Below are positions 34,354 to 41,580 of a DNA stretch of 43,393 nucleotides, piece after piece (the stretch's first letter is position 1; every line of letters begins with the position of its first letter). The DNA is taken from the NCBI GenBank assembly GCA_964606185.1, contig CAZSGR010000002.1, positions 1 through 43,393 of the forward strand, read 5' to 3'. This DNA is from an uncultured Eubacteriales bacterium (GTDB lineage: Bacteria; Acidobacteriota; Aminicenantia; Aminicenantales; Aminicenantaceae). The translations under genes and the position numbers were made by a program. The notes beneath the pieces were generated by a model. It was given only the letters and a program-made list of their open reading frames with translations, was not told the DNA's origin and did no database searches.

Positions 34354-35817
34354 TTAAGAGTCAATGAAATCCTCGGCTCTGAGCCACCAGGGTGGCTCTC
34401 TGTAGGAGGCATTCTCACCACCGAGAGAGGGCATGTAGTATTTTTGGGGATCAGGTCCTGGATAAAAGCGTTTCTGAAGGCCAGTCAGTGCCCAATCGGC
34501 TATACCTGTAGGATCGTTCATGGACACTTTGAGGGCGCCTTTATGAAGCCAGTTGGCCTTTCTCGTGTAGGGACACACGGCCACACAGAGCCTGCACCCC
34601 ATACTCCCCAGGGTTGAGTTCCAGAAATTGAGGCACTTGGCAGTATCGACTTGATACCTCAAATAGCCCCGGACTACAACCTTATCTCCGAAGGTGATTG
34701 CGCCGCTCGGACAGTTTTCCGCACAGATTTTACAGGTTTTGCAGAACCGCTGAACTCCGAAATCAATCGGTTTGTCAGGCTTTAAAGGAAGATTGGTGGT
34801 GATGATCGCTGGACGGAAATTGTTACCCAGCTCGGGCGTGATGACGATGGATGGCCGGCCCTGCTCTCCGAGTCCCGCGTCGACCAGTATGGGAGGCACC
34901 ATCAAATCGTACGAAGTTCCAGGGGTATGGGGCCGGGCCGCATACCCCAATTGCTTAATAAAGGAAGCGAGCCTGAAGCCGATGATACGCGACCTGGAAT
35001 ACGCGTCGTTCGACGTGCCATAATTCGGATTGGCATACATCGGATCCCAGGACATGGGCGTGCCTACGGCGATGGCATACTGCCAGTGTTTGGGGACTTC
35101 TAGGGGTTCATTCGGCTCAAAGCCTCGCCCTCTCATCGGATAGAGATAGACCCAGTCAGGATTGAGCTTAGCGATGCCGACAAGAGTGGATCCGAGCTCA
35201 TGGGCGACTTTTTTTATGAGATTGGAGGTTAATTCAGGACTTTTCATCTTCGCCGGTTCAGAGGGACCTCCGAAGCGCCTCTGCCTGGGAAAATCGGATT
35301 TCTCCGGGGGCTCGTTTATGGGGCGTGGGGAAACAGCTCCCATGGCGTTCGACCAGGCATTGGCCAGGAGGAATTTATTCCTGTATTTTCTGGAATCCGC
35401 CATCAGTTTCGGCATAAGCTCTTTCATGCTGTAGAGGTCAAGCTCCAGGTCTTCGGGTTTTTTTCTGTAATACTCCTGTAAATAGTCATCCAGCCCCTCA
35501 GGCCCAGTCTCATCTTTCCACTGCCTCATAAACAAACTTCGCCTTTGGAATATAACATCGGTGCGGGCATCGGGTCTTTGTGTTGTTCCGACTTTTTCAT
35601 ACGTGGGATGGTCGACTGATTTTCTTTTCCTGTTGAAAGTCTGGTTCGCCCCTTCGAAATTCTCCCAGCCTGTGTAGCTTTCCGGATCTTTTCCCGCTTC
35701 ATACCCGAAAAAACCAAGGCCGGTACTCCCGAGAGCTGCACTGGCCAGTCCGGATGCTTTGAGAAATTGCCTTCTGTTGAATCTTTTCCCGATGTTTAAT
35801 TTTATGCTCTTCATCAT
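34354..35817 (-). CDS. rdhA: reductive dehalogenase homolog, TAT-exported, two Fe-S motifs
   Basis: RRQFLKASGLASAALG twin-arginine signal. LVGIAKLNPDWVY. PDKPIDFGVQRFCKTCKICAENCP. Second cluster motif is CLNFWNSTLGSMGCRLCVAVCP. GGAGG is very close to the first ATG, so the second ATG (35814) may be the start. Confidence 0.85.
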   Translation of the reverse strand: MMKSIKLNIGKRFNRRQFLKASGLASAALGSTGLGFFGYEAGKDPESYTGWENFEGANQTFNRKRKSVDHPTYEKVGTTQRPDARTDVIFQRRSLFMRQWKDETGPEGLDDYLQEYYRKKPEDLELDLYSMKELMPKLMADSRKYRNKFLLANAWSNAMGAVSPRPINEPPEKSDFPRQRRFGGPSEPAKMKSPELTSNLIKKVAHELGSTLVGIAKLNPDWVYLYPMRGRGFEPNEPLEVPKHWQYAIAVGTPMSWDPMYANPNYGTSNDAYSRSRIIGFRLASFIKQLGYAARPHTPGTSYDLMVPPILVDAGLGEQGRPSIVITPELGNNFRPAIITTNLPLKPDKPIDFGVQRFCKTCKICAENCPSGAITFGDKVVVRGYLRYQVDTAKCLNFWNSTLGSMGCRLCVAVCPYTRKANWLHKGALKVSMNDPTGIADWALTGLQKRFYPGPDPQKYYMPSLGGENASYREPPWWLRAEDFIDS

Positions 35818-35830
35818 GCCTCCAAGGGTC

Positions 35831-35855
35831 AGATTTTATTGCTTATATAAAATCT
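35831..35855. promoter_or_regulatory. 9-7-9 inverted repeat AGATTTTAT-tgcttat-ATAAAATCT just upstream of the rdhA RBS
   Basis: Perfect 9-bp arms at 35831-35839 and 35847-35855, 7 nt from the GGAGG of rdhA on the minus strand. Confidence 0.35.
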
Positions 35856-36041
35856 TATGATTGTTAACCGCAAGGGCTGCGGGGTTTGGGAACAGATACT
35901 TCGTCCATTATGCGAAATACTCCTTGCTTTCCATTCCTCCGCAAATTTGTTCGGGGACAGAACAAAAATTCATGCGCACATCCTGAATAAAGGAGACCAA
36001 CATATAGCACAGGAAAAATATGGTGTCAAAATGGGGACATC

Positions 36042-36091
36042 AAAAAGGGGACAGGCTGCTTTTTTGAAAAAAAGTTGCCTATCCCCTTTTT
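36042..36091. repeat. family B long palindrome (50 nt near-perfect hairpin)
   Basis: AAAAAGGGGACAGGCTGCTTTTTT-ga-AAAAAAGTTGCCTATCCCCTTTTT: 21 Watson-Crick pairs, one G.U and two mismatches. Lies in the divergent rdhA/SDR intergenic region. Confidence 0.75.
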
Positions 36092-36179
36092 TTATTCAAG
36101 TGATTTGAATATAGTAGCTATGTCGGTTCAATGCATCAGAAAAAGGATGAGATTTTTTGATAAGCAGGAGGGAATTGCG

Positions 36180-36968
36180 ATGAACATAAAGAAAAAAGCA
36201 GTGGAGCTTTTATCCTTAGAGGGAAGAGTGGCGATGATCACTGGAGGCGCCTCCGGGATCGGACTGGGCACAGCAGTCCGTCTAGCCGAGGTGGGTGCCA
36301 GTGTGGCCTTGCTTGATATAGACAAGTCCAGCGGAAAAAAGGCAGCTAAAGAAATAAGGAAGCTTGGAGGCGATGCAGAGTTTTATTCTTGTGATGTCAC
36401 TTCTTATTCCGAATGTGAGGAGACAGCCAGAGCCGTGTTTGAGGAATTCGGCAGGATCGATATTCTGTTCAACAATGCCGGAGTGATTAAGCGGAAGAAC
36501 ACGCTTGAACTGAACGAAGAAGAATGGGATCTTGTCTTGAGTGTTGACCTGAAGGCGATCTACTTGCTGTCCCATCATGTTATTCCCTATATGATCGAGA
36601 ATGGGGGAGGAAGCATCATTAACACAGGCTCAGGATGGGGCCTGAAAGGCGGCCCCAATGCAGTGGCCTATTGCGCGGCCATGGGTGGGACAGTCAACCT
36701 GACACGAGCGATGGCCATTGACCACGGGAAGCATGGCATTCGGGTGAACTGCGTCTGCCCGGGAGATACCGAAACACCACTTTTGTACGATGAAGCGGAA
36801 CAATTAGGGGAAGATGAGGAGGAATTCATAAGGAAGGCTTCAGACCGTCCGCTTGAGCGAGTCGGCGTACCCGAGGATATCGCCAATGCTGTTCTTTATT
36901 TTGCGAGCGATATGTCCAGTTGGGTTACCGGTGCCATCCTGGTTGTTGACGGAGGAGGACTGGCTTAG
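36180..36968 (+). CDS. short-chain dehydrogenase/reductase with non-canonical YxxxM
   Basis: ATG 36180 after AGGAGGGA. TGGASGIGLG, NNAG and Ser in GSGWG are present. AYCAAMGG sits where YxxxK is expected. IRVNCVCPG. Confidence 0.85.
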   Translation: MNIKKKAVELLSLEGRVAMITGGASGIGLGTAVRLAEVGASVALLDIDKSSGKKAAKEIRKLGGDAEFYSCDVTSYSECEETARAVFEEFGRIDILFNNAGVIKRKNTLELNEEEWDLVLSVDLKAIYLLSHHVIPYMIENGGGSIINTGSGWGLKGGPNAVAYCAAMGGTVNLTRAMAIDHGKHGIRVNCVCPGDTETPLLYDEAEQLGEDEEEFIRKASDRPLERVGVPEDIANAVLYFASDMSSWVTGAILVVDGGGLA

Positions 36969-37054
36969 GTCAACAAATACTGCATTCAGGTCCGAGATTG
37001 ATAATGTATTTGCTTAATAAAAAGGTGACCTTGTTCAAAGAGAGTATGATCAAT

Positions 37055-37250
37055 GTCATTGCGAGCGAAGCGCGGCAATCTCAGACTCCTGTCATTGCGA
37101 GCGAAGCGTGGCAATCTCATAAAAAGAGATCCATAATTATTTTTCATACGAGATTGCCGCACTGCGTTCGCAATGACAATATTCATACGAGATTGCCACA
37201 ATTCGTTCGCAATGGCACATCCAGAGGTTGCCCCGCTCCTTGCGGTCACA
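37055..37250. repeat. tandem array of 5 REP-like palindromic units (family A)
   Basis: Units at 37055-37082 and 37091-37118 (GTCATTGCGAGCGAAGCGyGGCAATCTC), then inverted units at 37150-37178, 37189-37217 and 37225-37250 (degenerate). Confidence 0.85.
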
Positions 37251-37321
37251 TGCAAATTGAACTGTTTTTTTTGTTTGAAACGTTCAAATAAAGAAATGAA
37301 ATTTAATCAGGGAGATTGTCC

Positions 37322-38719
37322 ATGAAAAAAGAGGAAAAACAGGCTCATCCCTATATCCCCAATTCCGCTCCGAAAATCAAAGCGAAAATGCTTGAAGAGA
37401 TTGGAGTGCGCAGTATCGAAGAGCTGTATGGAGATATTCCAGAGAGCCTGAGGTTTAAAGGGAAGCTGAACCTTCCGGAAGCCATCCTGTCCGAATATGC
37501 ATTGAAACGGCATATGGAAGGGATTCTTGCTAAAAACCGGAGCTGTCAAGAGAGCATCAGTTTTTTGGGTGCAGGATGCTGGCCGCATTATGTTCCGGCC
37601 GTTTGCGATGAGATTAATCAGCGGTCGGAATTTTTAACCGCTTATGCAGGAGAGCCCTATGAAGACCACGGAAGGTTCCAGGCACTTTTTGAGTATGAAA
37701 GCTTGATGGGAGAGCTTCTCGACCTGGATGTAGTCAATGTGCCGACGTATGACTGGTCCCAGGCGGCAAGCACATCCATCCGGATGGCAGGAAGGATTAC
37801 GGGACGCAAGGAAATACTCATATCTGATACTGTCTCACCTGAAAGGCTTCTGGCGATTCGGAACTACTGTCGGCCTGTAGTCAGCATCCAGATGGTGGGG
37901 CATGATCCCGGGACCGGCTTGATGGACCTTGATGATTTGCGGTCGAAGATGTGCTCTGCGACATCTGGAATATATTTTGAAAATCCGTCTTTCCTGGGTT
38001 TTATCGAGCATCAGGGAAAAGTCATATCCGATATAGCTCACGAGAATGGAGCCTTGAGCATAGTGGGAGTTGATCCCATCTCTCTGAGTGTCATGGCTCC
38101 TCCCAGCCATTACGGAGCAGATATTGTCTGCGGCGACATCCAGGGGCTCGGCAATCATATGAGCTTTGGCGGAGGCCATGGGGGATTCATTGCCACCCGG
38201 GATGAAGAAAAATTCGTGATGGAATACCCCTCGCGTCTGTTCGGGATCACGAAGACCTCTGTCGAAGGTGAATACGGTTTTGGAGATGTGGCATATGACC
38301 GGACATCCTTCGGAGTGAGGGAGGAGGGGAAGGAGTTTGTCGGAACACATACGGCATTGTGCGGAATCACCGCCGGTGTTTATCTCTCCTTGATGGGTCC
38401 CAAAGGATTACAGGAGTTAGGACAAACTATCATGCAGAGATCACAGTACGCCATGAAGAAGCTTGCAGAGATAAAAGGGATTAGGGCTCCTTTGTTCACA
38501 TCGCCTCATTTCAAGGAGTTCGTTGTCAGTTTCAAAGAGGCCGGGAAAAAAGTTGGAGAGATCAATCGGTTTTTGCTCGAGCACAACATTTTCGGCGGCG
38601 TAGACCTCTCCCCAGACTTCCAGGAGCTTGAAAGCTGCGCGCTGTACTGTGTGACTGAAGTTCACACCAAGGAAGATATCGATCACCTTGTTCGAGCGCT
38701 GAGGGAATGCATGGAATGA
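37322..38719 (+). CDS. gcvPA: glycine dehydrogenase (aminomethyl-transferring) subunit 1
   Basis: ATG 37322 after GGGAGA. HPYIPNS...MLEEIG N-terminus and overall GcvPA layout. Confidence 0.9.
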   Translation: MKKEEKQAHPYIPNSAPKIKAKMLEEIGVRSIEELYGDIPESLRFKGKLNLPEAILSEYALKRHMEGILAKNRSCQESISFLGAGCWPHYVPAVCDEINQRSEFLTAYAGEPYEDHGRFQALFEYESLMGELLDLDVVNVPTYDWSQAASTSIRMAGRITGRKEILISDTVSPERLLAIRNYCRPVVSIQMVGHDPGTGLMDLDDLRSKMCSATSGIYFENPSFLGFIEHQGKVISDIAHENGALSIVGVDPISLSVMAPPSHYGADIVCGDIQGLGNHMSFGGGHGGFIATRDEEKFVMEYPSRLFGITKTSVEGEYGFGDVAYDRTSFGVREEGKEFVGTHTALCGITAGVYLSLMGPKGLQELGQTIMQRSQYAMKKLAEIKGIRAPLFTSPHFKEFVVSFKEAGKKVGEINRFLLEHNIFGGVDLSPDFQELESCALYCVTEVHTKEDIDHLVRALRECME

Positions 38720-38726
38720 GGAGGGA

Positions 38727-40295
38727 ATGACGATGACAAAAGAAAAAGAACCAAAAGTCAGGAATTTTCATCAAGCCAAATGGGATGAACCCGTTATTTT
38801 TGAGCTGGACACAGACGGAGAAAGAGGAATCCTGATCCCTGAGGTTGAAAAAGAGATCGAGGAGTGTGTGGGCGATGGAGTCTCTGCACTGCCGGAAAGC
38901 ATGAGGAGAGATGAACTGCCCGCCCTTCCTGAGGTCGGGCAGATGAGAGTGCTGAAGCATTATCTCCGCCTGTCCCAGCACTGTTTGGGAGCGGATTTGA
39001 ACGTGGATCTGGGTCAGGGAACATGCACGATGAAGTACAGCCCGAAGATCAACGAGGAGTTCGTGCGCTCTTCGAAGTCCGCTGGGCTTCATCCCTTACA
39101 GGATGAGAGCACGGTCCAGGGCGCACTGGAGATTATCTATAAACTGGATACTTTCCTGAGGGAAGTATCAGGATTGGACAGGTTCTCTTTCCAACCCGGA
39201 GGCGGATCTCATGCGATACTGGCCATGGCGTCCATCATCCATGCCTATCATGACTTGAAGGGAGAAGCCAAACAGAGAGATGAGATCATCACGACTATTT
39301 TTTCACATCCCTCAGATGCGGCAGCTGCGGCAGTGAAAGGATACAAGATAATCACTCTCTACCAGAATGAAGACGGTCTTCCGGAGGTGGAGGCCTTGAA
39401 AAAGGCAGTTTCCGAGCGGACAGCCGGTTTGCTGATCACCAATCCCGAGGATACGGGGATATTCAACCCCAGAATCGAGGAATTTACGAAGATCGTTCAT
39501 GAGGCGGGAGGATTGTGCGGGTATGACCAGGCCAACGCCAATGGCATACTGGGTATCACCAGGGCGCGCGAGGCTGATTTTGACCTCTGCTTCTTTAACC
39601 TGCACAAAACGTTCTCCTCTCCCCATGGCTGCGGGGGGCCCGCCACCGGTGCGCTAGGAGTCACAGAAGAGCTAAAGGATTTTCTCCCTATTCCTATTGT
39701 CGGCCATGATGGAAAGAAGTACTTTCTGGATTATGACCTCCCCCATACAATCGGAAAGGTGAGAAGCTTTTATGGAGTTTTCCCGGCTGTTCTCAGAGCT
39801 TATGCCTGGATAATGAGTTTAGGAGCCGAAGGGCTCAAGGAAGCCGCCCATATCGCTGTCTTGAACAATAATTACATCCTGAAGAAGGTCAAAGAGATAA
39901 GGGGAGCTTCGGCCCCCTATGCCAAAGGAAGGCACCGTATCGAGCAGGTGAGGTACAGCTGGGAGAAACTGACACAAGAGACTGGGGTGACAACAGAGGA
40001 CGTGACTTTCCGCATGGCCGATTTTGGGTTTCATCTCTGGTCGAGCCACCATCCTTTTATCGTCCCTCAGCCTTTCACTATCGAGCCGACCGAGTCCTAT
40101 TCCAAGGAAGAAATCGATGAATACCTTGCCGGTTTGAGGAAAATAGCGGAAGAAGCGTATGAGGATCCTGAAAAAGTGAAAAACGCACCTTATAACAGTG
40201 TGGTGCACAAGATCGACCACAGCACACTGGATGACCCGGAGAAGTGGGCGATCACCTGGAGAGCCTATCTCAAGAAAAACAAAATCCGGACCTAG
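38727..40295 (+). CDS. gcvPB: glycine dehydrogenase (aminomethyl-transferring) subunit 2
   Basis: GAGGAGGGA RBS. NLHKTFSSPHGCGGP PLP-lysine motif. 7 nt after the gcvPA stop. Confidence 0.9.
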   Translation: MTMTKEKEPKVRNFHQAKWDEPVIFELDTDGERGILIPEVEKEIEECVGDGVSALPESMRRDELPALPEVGQMRVLKHYLRLSQHCLGADLNVDLGQGTCTMKYSPKINEEFVRSSKSAGLHPLQDESTVQGALEIIYKLDTFLREVSGLDRFSFQPGGGSHAILAMASIIHAYHDLKGEAKQRDEIITTIFSHPSDAAAAAVKGYKIITLYQNEDGLPEVEALKKAVSERTAGLLITNPEDTGIFNPRIEEFTKIVHEAGGLCGYDQANANGILGITRAREADFDLCFFNLHKTFSSPHGCGGPATGALGVTEELKDFLPIPIVGHDGKKYFLDYDLPHTIGKVRSFYGVFPAVLRAYAWIMSLGAEGLKEAAHIAVLNNNYILKKVKEIRGASAPYAKGRHRIEQVRYSWEKLTQETGVTTEDVTFRMADFGFHLWSSHHPFIVPQPFTIEPTESYSKEEIDEYLAGLRKIAEEAYEDPEKVKNAPYNSVVHKIDHSTLDDPEKWAITWRAYLKKNKIRT

Positions 40296-40318
40296 TATAT
40301 CAACCCTTGGAGGACATC

Positions 40319-41200
40319 ATGAAGTGCAGATTTGTTGGGATTGGAATCATTTTTTTAATTATTGTGTTTTTAAACGCCAGTGCTTTTGCTCAGGAAAAAC
40401 CTGAGAAAAAGCCGAAAGAAGAACCAAAATACGGCTGGCAGAAGGAGATGGTTGGGAGTGTCAATTTGACGCAAACCAGTTTCAATAACTGGACACAGGG
40501 TGGAGAGAATTCTTTCGCCGGGCAGCTCAACCTGAATTTCAGGTTTGAAAACGAAAGGAAGAAAACGAACTGGGCCAACTCAGGCAAGCTCACTTATGGA
40601 ACGATAAAACTTGGAGAAAAGGGTTTGCGGAAGTCTATCGATGAAATCAAACTGGAAAGCGTTCTCACTTATAAACTCAACAGTCTTGTGAATCCATTTT
40701 TCGCTGTGACCGGAGAAACACAGTTTGCGCGCGGCTACAACTATAATGTCGAGCCAAAGACACAGGTATCAGCCTTTATGGATCCTGGATACTTTCGGGA
40801 GAGCGTCGGTATAGGATTTGAGCCCAACAAGGTAATTAAAACACGGTTTGGGATTGCCCTCAAGCAGACTTTCACCAGTGATTTTCCTGTCCCTTATGCG
40901 GACAATCCAGAGACAGTGGATAAGGTTGAGAAGTTCAAGAATGAAGCTGGATTAGAGTCAGTAACAGATTTTAACTGGATTATCACCAAAAAAACATTAT
41001 TTATTTCAAAACTGGAGCTTTTCTATAATTTTAAAGCATTCAACAGCACGGATGCCCGATGGGATAATGTTTTGACCGTTGAGTTAACCAAATATCTGAA
41101 CGTGAATTTCAATTTTAAGCTCCTTTACGACAGGGACGTCTCCAGCAGACGTCAAATCATGCAGTCCGTTGCTCTAGGCTTGGTGTATAATTTCATTTGA
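40319..41200 (+). CDS. DUF3078 outer-membrane beta-barrel protein
   Basis: ATG 40319 after GGAGGA. Signal peptide ending SAFAQE. GW...G..NLTQTSFNNWTQGGENS is the DUF3078 hallmark. Ends in an aromatic residue (NFI). Confidence 0.75.
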   Translation: MKCRFVGIGIIFLIIVFLNASAFAQEKPEKKPKEEPKYGWQKEMVGSVNLTQTSFNNWTQGGENSFAGQLNLNFRFENERKKTNWANSGKLTYGTIKLGEKGLRKSIDEIKLESVLTYKLNSLVNPFFAVTGETQFARGYNYNVEPKTQVSAFMDPGYFRESVGIGFEPNKVIKTRFGIALKQTFTSDFPVPYADNPETVDKVEKFKNEAGLESVTDFNWIITKKTLFISKLELFYNFKAFNSTDARWDNVLTVELTKYLNVNFNFKLLYDRDVSSRRQIMQSVALGLVYNFI

Positions 41201-41580
41201 ACGAAATTTGCACTGCTTGATATAGGCTGGAATCACTCGATGTTTTTTTTAAAAATAAACTGCTGCGCAAGTATCAAATAATTTTCCTCTAGAACATGAC
41301 TCATTCCTATTTTTAATTTATTAATTGGAATTATCTCACCCCTATCGATGAAAAAATCAGGAAAAATTCACCTTGTAATTCATCACAAGAGGCGATTGAT
41401 AAGCCAATGAGGCTCTGAGAGAATACCCTGAGAGTTTGGACGAGTGGACTCGCCTGCTTAAGGACTTTGCCTTGCGGAACCAGGCTTGTTAAACAACTCG
41501 ATGCTTGTATGGACAAAGACCTCCTTTGTCAGGATGTCATTTAATCGTCATATGAAGAGTGTTCCAGCCAGAAAAGAATT

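Noticed and set aside
36969-37321. Expected glycine riboswitch upstream of gcvPA
   Set aside because: I could not find the tandem aptamer consensus elements. The interval is filled by family A repeats and a short TTTGAA-acg-TTCAAA hairpin. A covariance-model scan is still advisable.
41403-41492. Start-less frame ANEALREYPESLDEWTRLLKDFALRNQAC* between DUF3078 and the sulfatase-like gene
   Set aside because: It looks protein-like, but it is only 29 codons, has no start, and I recognise no family. There is not enough to call a relic.
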